Shown piece by piece: positions 39,901-50,358 of a stretch of 64,000 bases of DNA. This stretch comes from Sulfurisoma sp. GTDB lineage: Bacteria; Pseudomonadota; Gammaproteobacteria; Burkholderiales; Rhodocyclaceae. The stretch is from NCBI GenBank assembly GCA_030691075.1, contig JAUYFI010000187.1, forward strand, positions 387-64,386. Reading direction: 5' to 3'. The position numbers were made by a program, and so were the translations under genes. A model generated the notes under the pieces. It did no database searches, was not told the DNA's origin, and saw only the letters and a program-made list of their open reading frames with translations. How positions within the stretch are numbered: position 1 is the first letter of the stretch; each line of letters opens with the position of its first letter.

Positions 39901-41509
39901 CGACCCACTCCTTGATCATGTTGGCCATCATCTTCGGATCCTGCTTGGCCATCTCGCGCGCGGCACCGAGCTTGTGCTCGTAGCTCATGCGGTGCTCGAC
40001 GGACTCGGCCATTCCGCGCTGTTCCGTGGACGGGATCGGCGCCGGCGGCACCATGGTGGCGAGGCGGTCGAACATCGGTCGCAGCAGCCGGGTCCAGGTC
40101 AGCCAGGCGATCACGCCGAAGGCCAGGTACTTGCCCAGTTCCTTGAGCAGCGCCAGTAGTTGCGGATCCTTCCAGATCGGGCTGTCGGGCACGACTTCCT
40201 TTTCCGGCGGAGTGAAGGGAGCGTTCGCCACGTTGAGCGTGTCGCCGCGCGCCTGCGAGAAGCCCATCGCCTCGCGCACGATATCGCCCATCTGCTTGAT
40301 CTCGGCGGCGGAAAGGGGCACGGCCTTGCCCGGCTTGCCTTCCTTGTCCAGTGGCCGCTTGTGGTTGAGTACCACGGCCACCGACAGACGGCGGATGCCG
40401 CCGGGCATGCCCTTGGTATGGCGCACGGTCTTGTCGACCTCGAAATTGGTCGTCGCATTCTTGGTGAAGTTCAGCGGCAGGCGATTGGCGGTGGCGCCCG
40501 CCGCGCCTGGCGTTCCCGGCGCGGTCAACGGTGCCGTGGCGGGCACCGGGGGCTGGTTGACGAGCGCGCCCGGTACACCGGCGGCATCCGGCGAACTGGT
40601 CGCGGCCTCGGCTGTCTGCAAGCTGCGGACAGCGGTCTCGGGGTTGGGGTTGGGCTTGTAGCTTTCGGCCAGCTGTTCGCTCTGCGAGAAATCCACGTCG
40701 GCCGTGACGCGAGCTCGTACGTTGCCCGCGCCCAGCATCGGCGCGAGGATCTCCTCGATGCGCTTGATATAGGCCTGCTCGATTTCGCGGACATACTTGA
40801 GTTGCGTCGGGTCGAGGCCGGCGTTCTTGAGCGAATCCTGCTGCTGCGAAATCAGGTTGCCGTCCTGGTCGATGACGCTGACATTGCCGGGATGCAACTG
40901 CGGCACCGACGACGACACCAGGTGCACGATGCCGGCGACCTGGGCCGCCTCGAGCCCGCGGCCGGCATGGAGGTTGATCAGCACCGAGGCCGAGGGCTTC
41001 TGCTCGTCGCGGAGGAAGGCGGTCTGCTTCGGGATGGCCAGATGCACCCGTGCTCCGCGCACGGCGCCGAGCGACTGGATCGAACGCGCCAGTTCGCCCT
41101 CGAGTCCGCGCTGATAGTTGATCTGCTCGGCGAACTGGCTGATGCCGAGCTTCTGGTTCTCCATCAGCTCGAAGCCGACCAGGCCGCCGCGCGGCAGGCC
41201 CTGCGAGGCCAGGCGCAGCCTCGCATCATGCACCATGGTGCCGGGCACCATGATGGCGCCTCCGCCCTCGGAATACTTGTAGGGAATGTTCTGCTGCTGC
41301 AGCGCGGTGATGATCTGGCCGCCATCCTTCTCGGAGATGTTGGTGAACAGAATGGAGTAGGGCGGATCCTTGGTCCACAGCCAGGCGCCGACGATGACCG
41401 CGATGCCGAAGGCGAGCACCAGCATTGCCGCCATTTTCTGGCGGGGTTGCAGGCGATGGAAGGCCTCGAATGAGATCGGGAAAGCGCTTGCCTGTTCCGC
41501 AGTAGCCAT
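39881..41509 (-). CDS. fliF: MS-ring protein FliF
   Basis: GFELMENQKLGISQF, LEGELARSI, ARVHLAIP, KPSASV. Confidence 0.97.
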   Translation of the reverse strand: MATAEQASAFPISFEAFHRLQPRQKMAAMLVLAFGIAVIVGAWLWTKDPPYSILFTNISEKDGGQIITALQQQNIPYKYSEGGGAIMVPGTMVHDARLRLASQGLPRGGLVGFELMENQKLGISQFAEQINYQRGLEGELARSIQSLGAVRGARVHLAIPKQTAFLRDEQKPSASVLINLHAGRGLEAAQVAGIVHLVSSSVPQLHPGNVSVIDQDGNLISQQQDSLKNAGLDPTQLKYVREIEQAYIKRIEEILAPMLGAGNVRARVTADVDFSQSEQLAESYKPNPNPETAVRSLQTAEAATSSPDAAGVPGALVNQPPVPATAPLTAPGTPGAAGATANRLPLNFTKNATTNFEVDKTVRHTKGMPGGIRRLSVAVVLNHKRPLDKEGKPGKAVPLSAAEIKQMGDIVREAMGFSQARGDTLNVANAPFTPPEKEVVPDSPIWKDPQLLALLKELGKYLAFGVIAWLTWTRLLRPMFDRLATMVPPAPIPSTEQRGMAESVEHRMSYEHKLGAAREMAKQDPKMMANMIKEWVGGGEQR

Positions 41510-41561
41510 TATTTGTAAGTAATCAAGCCCATTTATGCCGCTGCCGGATTGTGGACTGCCC

Positions 41562-41605
41562 TGGCAAGAGCGGTTCCGGCAAGAAGCGGCAAATATTGCC
41601 GCCAT
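41562..41605. promoter_or_regulatory. Cluster of (C/T)GGCAA repeats ending in a GCGGCAA-ATA-TTGCCGC palindrome, between fliF and fleS
   Basis: TGGCAA..CGGCAA..CGGCAAATATTGCCGCCAT; the 20-mer is nearly identical to the flhB site. Confidence 0.65.
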
Positions 41606-41650
41606 TTCGACCCATGTTGGGGTGGGGTAAGTCTGCCATCATCGCCCCAA

Positions 41651-41746
41651 ATGACGAGCCCCTCCCGCTCACTCTGTTTGCTGCCCCCCCCCCTCGAAGG
41701 GGGTGGGCCGCGTTTGCCGCTTTCGGGCGGCCCGGCGGCGGCATGA
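41651..41746 (+). repeat. Junction element A, copy 5 (31-aa leader ORF MTSPSRSLCLLPPPLEGGGPRLPLSGGPAAA)
   Basis: TGA overlaps the fleS ATG; stem TGCCGCT/GGCGGCA around TTCGGGCGGCCCGGC. Confidence 0.78.
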
Positions 41747-42925
41747 CCGTCTCGGAAACTCCCGCCACCGCGGCCTCGGTGGCGCCCGTGCTCGATCAGG
41801 CGAATCTTGCCGAAGCTTTCCGCATATTCAATCAGGCGTCGGAGGAATTGTCGTCGGCCTACACGGCGCTGCAGGGACAGGTGGCGACGCTCTCGGCGGA
41901 ACTGGCCGCCGCCAACGGCGCGCTGCGCCAACAATATCAGGAAAAGGCCGCGCTGACAGAACGACTTTCGCACCTGCTCGACGCGCTGCCCGCCGGCGTC
42001 ATCCTGCTCGATGCCGAGGGGCGCACGGTCCAGGCGAATCCAGCGGCCGAGGTCGTGTTCGGCGCGACCTTGTCGCGGCTTGCCTGGCCGCAAATCGAGG
42101 ACAGGCGACTTGTGCCCACGGACACTCCGGGCGAGTACGCGCTGGCCGACAAGCGCCTTGCCGTGACCGTCACTCCGCTCGACTCGGCCGGCGGGCGCAT
42201 CGTGCTGCTGCACGACGTCACCGAGACCCACCGACTGCGCGTGCAGGCCGAACGCAACGAGCGCCTGGCCGCGATGGGCGAGATGGCCGCGCAGCTTGCC
42301 CACCAGTTGCGCACGCCGCTGGCCGCCGCGCTGCTCTACGCTGGCAACCTGGAGTTGCCGGAACTTCCCGAAAAGAGCCGCGTCAGCATCGCGCAGAAGA
42401 CCGTCGAGCGGCTGAAGGCGCTGGAGCGCCTGATCCAGGACACGCTGATGTTCGCCCGCGGCGAGGTACTGGGACGTGAAGCATTTTCCGTGGTCGACCT
42501 GATCGCGGAACTGCGACACACCTTCGATCCCCTGGCGCGGGCACGTGGCATTGCGCTTGTCGTGGGCAGCGAGGCCGGGGTCGAGCATATCAACGGTAAC
42601 CGCAAGGCCCTGGTTGGCGCGCTGACCAACCTGCTGGAGAACGCGCTGCAGGCGGTCGATGCCGGCGGCGAAGTCACGCTGGCCGTGCGTCGGGAAGGCG
42701 ATCGTCTGGTGCTGGCCGTGCGCGACAATGGCCGCGGCATCCCCGTCGACACGCTTTCCCGCATGTTCGAGCCCTTTTTCACGACCCGCGGTGACGGCAC
42801 CGGCCTGGGCCTGGCCATCGCCCGTGGCGTCGCCCGTGCCCACGGCGGAGGCATCGATGTTCGCTCCGAACTCGGCGTTGGCACCGAGTTCATCCTGACC
42901 CTACCCCTCGCGGCGGAGCCCGACC

Positions 42926-42933
<8 letters not shown>
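41743..42933 (+). CDS. fleS: PAS histidine kinase, FleS/FlrB-like
   Basis: LAEAF..FNQASEEL coiled coil, PAS domain, AHQLRTPL H-box, N and G boxes. Confidence 0.88.
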
Positions 42934-44356
<1,423 letters not shown>

Positions 44357-44362
44357 GTCGCT

Positions 44363-44733
44363 GTAACGCTCAGGCAGGCGATTTGCTTGTAAGGCATTGT
44401 TTTAACTAACGTACCGTGAGCCGTGAGCCGTGAGCCGTGAGCCGTGAGCCGTGAGCCGTGAGCTTGTCGAACGGTCGAACGGTCGAACGGTCGAACGGTC
44501 GAACGGTCGAACGGCAAGCTTCGCGCTGATCTACCGTTCGCGGTGAGCTTGTCGAACCGCACGCTCCCTTCGACAGGCTCCCTTCGACAGGCTCAGGGCG
44601 AACGGGGAGGGGCGAACGGCTCAGGGCGAACGGGGAGGGGCGAACGGGGAGGGGCGAACGGTCGAACCATGATCGGGCTGGGCGCCCGCCGCCGTTTTCA
44701 GGTTCAAAGGGCAATGACCACCTGAATCGTTGC
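44363..44733 (+). mobile_element. Degenerate MITE (same family as 46917-47084, opposite orientation) with tandemly expanded core
   Basis: Ends GTAACGCTCAGG / CCTGAATCGTTGC; subterminal sequences align with the reverse complement of 46917-47084. Confidence 0.7.
44414..44514 (+). repeat. Microsatellites (CCGTGAG)x7 and (TCGAACGG)x6
   Basis: Counted directly: 44414-44462 and 44467-44514. Confidence 0.95.
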
Positions 44734-44777
44734 CAATCGCTAAAGATTGTCGCTAAAGATTTGCCAATCCGCGTGGT

Positions 44778-44794
44778 TTGGCATATCGTTTGCT
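44778..44794 (+). promoter_or_regulatory. sigma54 promoter of fliE
   Basis: TTGGCATATCGTTTGCT. Confidence 0.85.
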
Positions 44795-44832
44795 AGTGGA
44801 AGCTCGGTACCCTCTTTTTCTGATGCACGACC

Positions 44833-45159
44833 ATGGCGATTGATACCGGAAATATTGAACAGATGCTCTCCGAGCTGCGCTCGGCGTCGTCTGTCGCCCA
44901 AGGCAAGCCGGCCGACAAGGCGCAGGCTCCCGGTGGCGTCGATTTTTCGCAGGCACTCAAGTCCGCCATCGACCAGGTCGGCCAGGCCCAGCAGCAGGCG
45001 CAGCAGATGACGCAGGACTTCGCCTCCGGCCAGAGCAACGTCAACCTGCAGGACGTGATGATCAACCTGCAGAAGGCCAATCTCTCCTTCCAGCAGATGG
45101 TCCAGGTCAGGAACAAACTCGTATCGGCCTATCAGGACATCATGAACATGCAGGTCTGA
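44833..45159 (+). CDS. fliE: Basal-body protein FliE
   Basis: FSQALKSAI...VQVRNKLVSAYQDIMNMQV. Confidence 0.97.
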   Translation: MAIDTGNIEQMLSELRSASSVAQGKPADKAQAPGGVDFSQALKSAIDQVGQAQQQAQQMTQDFASGQSNVNLQDVMINLQKANLSFQQMVQVRNKLVSAYQDIMNMQV

Positions 45160-45238
45160 CGTCTGCCGCTCCTCGTGTCTTGCTGGCGGCCACCCGGGTG
45201 GCCGCTTCTGTTTTGTGCGCCATGCCTGGCGCACGAAG

Positions 45239-45266
45239 AAAAAAGCCAGGCAGAAGCCTGGCTTTT
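45239..45266. terminator. Bidirectional intrinsic terminator
   Basis: AAAAAAGCCAGGC-AGAA-GCCTGGCTTTT between convergent genes. Confidence 0.75.
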
Positions 45267-45313
45267 GAAATCGAAGGCGCCACCGAATCTTCGGCACCCT
45301 GCTGTCGCAGACC

Positions 45314-46888
45314 TTATGGCGGCGGCAGTATCGGTGCGGGTACGGGTACGGGTACGGGCGCGGGTACGGGTGCAGGTACGGGTGCGGGTACGGGTGCAGG
45401 TACGGGTGCAGGTACGGGCGCGGGTACGGGTGCAGGTACGGGTGCGGGCATCGGGCCACCTGTCGTCGTGATCGGCGGCGGGGGCGGCAATGTGCCGGGG
45501 GTCTGCGCTACCGGAGGCATATAGCCGCCCGGCGGCGTGTAGGCGCCGACCATGGTCGTTCCGCTGGCCATTGTCGGCGTATAACCGGCCGGCATGCTGG
45601 TCCCCGAAGTCGGCGCCTGGATGACGCCGCCCAGTCCGACTTGCCCGATGAATGGCGGCGGCTGCAACGTCATGGTGCCATCCGTGTTGAGCACGGCGCC
45701 GGGCGGGAGCATTGCGCCGGCCGGAGGGGCCGGTACCACGATCGAGCCATTCGCGTTCATGCGCAAAGGCATCGGTGGAGGAGTAAACCCGTTGGCTGGA
45801 GGACGCGGCAACGTCATGCCGCCTTGTGCGTTTTGCAGCGTGCCTGTCGGGGCTGTCCAAGTGGACGGCGGCGTCACCCCCGGTGGAATGGCCGTTCCCG
45901 GAATAATAATCGCGCCACTTGCCAACACTGTCGTGCCTTCAGGCAGGCCACTGGTTGGCAACAGCGTACCGGGCGGCAGCATGATGCCGTCGGGTATCGT
46001 CACGTCGCTTGGAACCGTGGCCGTGGCCGGAATATTGACGCCCGGAGGAAGATGCGTGCCCGAGGGAATGCTGTAATGCTCGGGGATGCGCACGCCAGGT
46101 GGCAGCGTCATCCCGCCCGGAATTTGCACGTTCGACGGAATCGCGAACTGATTGGGCAGGCTTACGGTTGCCGAGAGCGTTGTTCCCGTTGGTGGAGTGA
46201 AGGTGGAAGGCAAGGTCATCTCCCCGGTTTCCTGACCGGCCACCACGGGGGCAAATGCCGTCCCATCGGGGAAAACAATGGTTCCGTCGGACTGTATCTG
46301 CACGCCCTTGTTGGAAGGATCGCGGACGTAGCCCTGCTGGGCGGTCGGCGGCTTGAACGGCAGATACGTTCCTATGCCATTGATCTTTAGCGTTCCATCG
46401 GACAGAACCTGGACGACATCGGCGGGAATGCCGGCATCCAGCACAATCTGCGACAACATCTCTTCCGCGGTCAGCGGAGGCACCGTGACACCCGTGGGCA
46501 GAGGCACGCCGGAAAATGGAACGAAACCCGCCGGCGGCGAGAAGTCGGGCGGCAGCGAATTCCCCGCCATCGGCACCAGGCTGTCAGGCAGGTGAGGCAT
46601 CTCCCCCAAGCCCCTGATGATGGGGGCGAACTGCAGATTCCCCCAGACCAACGAGCCGTCGTTGTTGAACGACGGCATGCCCGCAGGTTCGACGGATGCC
46701 GAATAATTGGGTGGCAGCAAAGGCACGAAACGCATCTCGCCAAGTTCAAGGCTACCATCGCTGCCCACGGTAATCCCTGCCTGCTGAGCGGCCTGGGTGA
46801 CATTGGCGGGCAACTGCGTCGCGCTCGCGGTTCCGAACATCATGCCGATCGAAAGCGCAAGCACTCTCAATTTAGTTCGATTTCTCAT
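45314..46888 (-). CDS. Secreted proline-rich repeat protein of unknown function (524 aa)
   Basis: Sec signal (MRNRTKLRVLAL...ASA), GAGGAG RBS, hexapeptide Pro repeats, C-terminal (PAPV)x8. Confidence 0.8.
   Translation of the reverse strand: MRNRTKLRVLALSIGMMFGTASATQLPANVTQAAQQAGITVGSDGSLELGEMRFVPLLPPNYSASVEPAGMPSFNNDGSLVWGNLQFAPIIRGLGEMPHLPDSLVPMAGNSLPPDFSPPAGFVPFSGVPLPTGVTVPPLTAEEMLSQIVLDAGIPADVVQVLSDGTLKINGIGTYLPFKPPTAQQGYVRDPSNKGVQIQSDGTIVFPDGTAFAPVVAGQETGEMTLPSTFTPPTGTTLSATVSLPNQFAIPSNVQIPGGMTLPPGVRIPEHYSIPSGTHLPPGVNIPATATVPSDVTIPDGIMLPPGTLLPTSGLPEGTTVLASGAIIIPGTAIPPGVTPPSTWTAPTGTLQNAQGGMTLPRPPANGFTPPPMPLRMNANGSIVVPAPPAGAMLPPGAVLNTDGTMTLQPPPFIGQVGLGGVIQAPTSGTSMPAGYTPTMASGTTMVGAYTPPGGYMPPVAQTPGTLPPPPPITTTGGPMPAPVPAPVPAPVPAPVPAPVPAPVPAPVPAPVPVPVPAPILPPP
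45333..45448. repeat. 6/12-nt tandem repeat (GGTRCR)n encoding (PAPV)n
   Basis: Seen directly in the sequence. Confidence 0.9.
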
Positions 46889-46916
46889 GACTGACTCCTC
46901 TTATTTAGCAGCGTAT

Positions 46917-47084
46917 GTAACTGTTCAGGGGTCATTACCCATTGAAATATAACGATAACCCCGTTCGGCCTGAGCTTGTCGAAGGCCGGTATCGGCGCGA
47001 AATCTGCGGTTCGACAAGCTCACCGCGAACGGAAGTCTACTTAATACAATGACTTACAAGAAAAGCACCTACCTGAACAGTTAG
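46917..47084. mobile_element. MITE, 168 bp, with a 72-bp REP-like hairpin core
   Basis: TIRs GTAACTGTTCAGG/CCTGAACAGTTAG; flanking 12-bp direct repeats TTAGCAGCG(T/C)AT at 46905-46916 and 47085-47096; core at 46961-47032. Confidence 0.8.
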
Positions 47085-47215
47085 TTAGCAGCGCATTTTC
47101 ATTCTTGTTCCGGGGAGAGGCATTGTCAAGGGCATTTGTTGCGACATTGTTGCGACAGGGCATTTGCCGTGAAAAAGTACCGCGGGTGACGCCGCGGTTC
47201 GAGCAGATGCCTGGG

Positions 47216-48004
47216 TCAGTTCATCCCCGTCTCGCGCGCCTTGCGCTCGCGCTCGACCTTGATGATGTAGCGCTGCACCAGGGTCAGCATCGGTCCGGAC
47301 AGGTTCTTGAACTGGGAGCCGGCGCGCTTGACGTTGGAGCCATTGCGCAGCGTGATCTCGAACACATTGCAAACCTTGATGGTCGCGACGACGATGCCGA
47401 CTTCCGGCAGCTCGAGACGGCAGTTGGGAAACTCCGCGTCCGCCTGGAAACCGATATCTTCGGGCGGGACCATGATCGCCATGCCGCCGCCACTGATATC
47501 GACCACCTTCACCTCGGTCTGCGCGCGGCTGCCGTCGGCCTTCTCGTAGGGCAGGATGCAGCGCAGCGGCCGCGCGATCGGCACCGTCAAACGGAAAAAT
47601 TCGCGCCGCTGCAAGCGCAGCACGGTTTCGGGGAAGGCAGCCCTGAATGCCGGACGGCCCTCGTGGCTCACCTCGGTCACGCCGCGCAGGATGAACTGGA
47701 TTTTCACCTTTTCGAGTTGCGTGGCGCAGAAGAGCTTGTCCGTCTCCAGCGCCTTCCGGTTCATGGCGGGGTCGCTGCCGTAATCGAGAATGATCGTGTT
47801 TTCCCCGATGGCCACCAGCGTCGTCAACAGAAAGTCGCGGCCTTCGTTGAAATAAATGGTGATGCGCGCGGCCACGGGCAGCAGGGCACGCAGAACGAAA
47901 ATAATTTCGCTTTTGGCGTTCAGAAGATACTGGCTGTAGTCGCCCGGCTCGAGCAATTCGGGCGCGGATGATGACAGAACGGAGGGGGGTGGCGGTTCGC
48001 TCAT
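47216..48004 (-). CDS. ycgR: c-di-GMP flagellar brake YcgR (YcgR-PilZ)
   Basis: QRREFFR and DISGGG PilZ motifs; start may be 48022. Confidence 0.93.
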   Translation of the reverse strand: MSEPPPPSVLSSSAPELLEPGDYSQYLLNAKSEIIFVLRALLPVAARITIYFNEGRDFLLTTLVAIGENTIILDYGSDPAMNRKALETDKLFCATQLEKVKIQFILRGVTEVSHEGRPAFRAAFPETVLRLQRREFFRLTVPIARPLRCILPYEKADGSRAQTEVKVVDISGGGMAIMVPPEDIGFQADAEFPNCRLELPEVGIVVATIKVCNVFEITLRNGSNVKRAGSQFKNLSGPMLTLVQRYIIKVERERKARETGMN

Positions 48005-48056
48005 GGCGTTCGGAGGTGACACGGATGCATTCTACCAGTACATCTTTTTCCGGGGG

Positions 48057-48359
48057 TCAGCCGGTGGCATTCGCGGCGCCCCCCTTCCGCTCGACGCGGT
48101 AGAGCCAGGCCAGCAGCTCCGCCACGGCAATGTAAAGCGCCGGCGGAATGTGGTCGTCGAGATCGACCTGCGCCAGCAGGGCCACCAGTTCGGGCGACTC
48201 ATGCACATAGACGCCATGCTCGCGTGCCCGCGCGATGATTTCCCTGGCGATCAGGCCGCGGCCCTTGGCCACCACGCGCGGGGCGCCATCGCCCGGGGCA
48301 TAGGCCAGGGCGATGGCGAGCGCCCGCTCGTCCTTGCCGGCCGGATTACTCGTACTCAT
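48057..48359 (-). CDS. FlhB C-terminal-like protein (FlhX/EscU family)
   Basis: AIALAY...APRVVAKG...IPPALYIAVAELLAWLY. Confidence 0.92.
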   Translation of the reverse strand: MSTSNPAGKDERALAIALAYAPGDGAPRVVAKGRGLIAREIIARAREHGVYVHESPELVALLAQVDLDDHIPPALYIAVAELLAWLYRVERKGGAANATG

Positions 48360-49512
48360 GCTTCACCTGCATCGCCAGCAGCGGCAGACCCGCTTCGCCC
48401 AGCGCCGCCGCCAGCGCCGGGATCTCGTTGTGCAGGTCCGTCGCGCTCGCGCCTCCGGGGGTGGTCAGCGCGATGCGGATGCCGGCGGGCTCGACCTGCA
48501 GAGTGGCATCGACCCGCCCCAGCCGCGGCGTCGTCAGCGACAGCGTGGTGCGCCAGCGCCCGGCGCCCTCCTCATCCTTCCCGGCGGCATTGCCGCCTGC
48601 ATCTTCCGGCCTTTCCCACTCGATCTGCCAGTCCATGTTCTGCCCCGGCCAGACCTCGCCGTGCCACATCAGGCGCTGGCCGGCCGCGGCTTCGAGCTGC
48701 TGCTGCACCAGCGGGCGCAACTCCTCGGGCACCGACTGGCCCGGGGAAAAAGTCGGCCCTGGCGGTACGGCGCTATTGGCGGCGGAAGTCTTCGCGGCGG
48801 CCTCCTCGCCGCCGAACAGTCCGCCGAGCAGGGTGGTGACCCCCGTGGCGCGTGGCGCGGCTGGCGCAAGCTCGGCGTTGCGGGAAGACGCCTGCTCCGG
48901 CGCGATGCGATGGGCAATCAGCAGATCCGGCGCCGAGTGGCGCCCCTGAGGCTCATGCAGCAGGCTGGCGAGCGGCAGCTTGCCGGTCACCCATTGCGCC
49001 TGGTGCGATTCGTAGAACAGGCCGCTTTGCGCCACCGCGCTTTTCAGCGCCGGCAGCAGATCGTGGGCACCTGTCGGCGGCTGCGAGAGCAGCGGCTGGC
49101 CGCGGTTGAGCGGCGCCGGCGTCGGTGTCTCGCCCTCGGCCACCAGCAGCTTGCCGATCATCTGTCCCGCCGCCGACAGCCGTGAAAATTGATAGACCTC
49201 CTGCGCGCCATCGGCCGTCGCCTGCGGCGCAATCCGGGCGATCACGGCGCGGGCAGAGCGGTCGATTACCACCAGTTCCAGCAGGTCGCCGGCCTTGGCG
49301 CCTTCCGGCAACTGCAGCGTCAGCATCTTGCCGGCCACCATCGCCTTGTAGGTGTTCTCCGGCAGCGCCTCCTGGATGCGCGCGGTGAAGGCCTGGCCGA
49401 TCTGGAGGTCCGGCAGGTCGGCCGGGATCGGCCGCACCGGGCCGAGCGGCTGCAATTGCGCCTCTATCTGCGCCCGCAGTTGCACGCCAACGTCGGGGGG
49501 GATCAGGGCCAT
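48346..49512 (-). CDS. FliK-like hook-length control domain protein
   Basis: SGLFYESH motif; WPGQ; W.T.L.L..PRLGRVDA; paired with flhX. Confidence 0.8.
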   Translation of the reverse strand: MALIPPDVGVQLRAQIEAQLQPLGPVRPIPADLPDLQIGQAFTARIQEALPENTYKAMVAGKMLTLQLPEGAKAGDLLELVVIDRSARAVIARIAPQATADGAQEVYQFSRLSAAGQMIGKLLVAEGETPTPAPLNRGQPLLSQPPTGAHDLLPALKSAVAQSGLFYESHQAQWVTGKLPLASLLHEPQGRHSAPDLLIAHRIAPEQASSRNAELAPAAPRATGVTTLLGGLFGGEEAAAKTSAANSAVPPGPTFSPGQSVPEELRPLVQQQLEAAAGQRLMWHGEVWPGQNMDWQIEWERPEDAGGNAAGKDEEGAGRWRTTLSLTTPRLGRVDATLQVEPAGIRIALTTPGGASATDLHNEIPALAAALGEAGLPLLAMQVKHEYE

Positions 49513-49574
49513 GGCAACACCCTGGAGTCAGCGGCAGGGGAGGCAGTCATGGTGGCGAGCCGCGCCACCCGCGT

Positions 49575-49919
49575 TCAGCCGGCGGCGCCGTAGGCGCGCT
49601 CGACTTCCCTGCGCTTGTTGGTATTGCCGAGAAACTGCCGCACATGCTCCATCCACGGCTCGGTGTGGCGGCGGACTTCAGCGTCGTCATTGAGCACGCG
49701 CTGGATGATGGCGGCCTTGAGCGCCTTGTCGGCGGCACTCAGCGTTGCGTTCGCGTCATCTCCGGCGATCAACGAATCGCGCAGCGCCGACACGGTCATT
49801 TCGAGGGAAACGAGGGCATCCCAGTCCTGCACCCGGGCCGCCTCGACCATGCGGGCCGAGAGCGCGCTCATTTCCTTGTAGGTTTCGATCTGGGGAGGCA
49901 TCGGCAGCATGGTAGCCAT
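49575..49919 (-). CDS. fliT: Chaperone FliT
   Basis: MVEAAR..DWDALVSLE...DDAEVRR..EPW; follows fliS. Confidence 0.9.
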   Translation of the reverse strand: MATMLPMPPQIETYKEMSALSARMVEAARVQDWDALVSLEMTVSALRDSLIAGDDANATLSAADKALKAAIIQRVLNDDAEVRRHTEPWMEHVRQFLGNTNKRREVERAYGAAG

Positions 49920-50344
49920 CAGGCGGCCACCCTGCTCGCGGGAACTGCAGTCTGATCTTTGCCTATTTCTTCCCATGCGCCGCGCAGATCGTGCAGCAGG
50001 CCGACGACCTCGTCGATAGCGCCCGGATCGCACTTGATATTCGCGAATTGCAGCCTGAAGCACATATAGTCATAAAGCGCGGCCAGTCGAACGGCGAGTT
50101 CCCCGCCAACCTTGGCATCGAGGCTGTCGCGCAAGCCCTGGGCAATAATGGCGCTGGCCTTGAGGATCGATTCGCTCATGGCCATTTTGTCGCCTCTTTT
50201 CAGTTGGGCGCCAGCCGAGGCCAGCGCCATCAGCGCGCCGTCATAAAGCATGATGACCAGTTTGTGCGGGCTGGCCGTCTCGACACCTATATCCAGGCCT
50301 ACCTTGCCGTAGGCGGCTTTCGCGCTGCTCATGGTCTGGAACAT
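49919..50344 (-). CDS. fliS: Flagellin chaperone FliS
   Basis: ASPHKLVIMLYDGA, LAALYDYM, AWEEI. Confidence 0.96.
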   Translation of the reverse strand: MFQTMSSAKAAYGKVGLDIGVETASPHKLVIMLYDGALMALASAGAQLKRGDKMAMSESILKASAIIAQGLRDSLDAKVGGELAVRLAALYDYMCFRLQFANIKCDPGAIDEVVGLLHDLRGAWEEIGKDQTAVPASRVAA

Positions 50345-50358
50345 CGGATTCTCCTGCT

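Noticed and set aside
44414-44660. Possible CRISPR array
   Set aside because: Units are 7-14 nt in direct tandem with no unique spacers and no cas genes; they derive from a REP/MITE core
47118-47170. Short direct repeats (TTGTTGCGACA x2, GGGCATTTG x2)
   Set aside because: Possibly a regulator site for the Pro-rich gene, but too short and isolated to support a call
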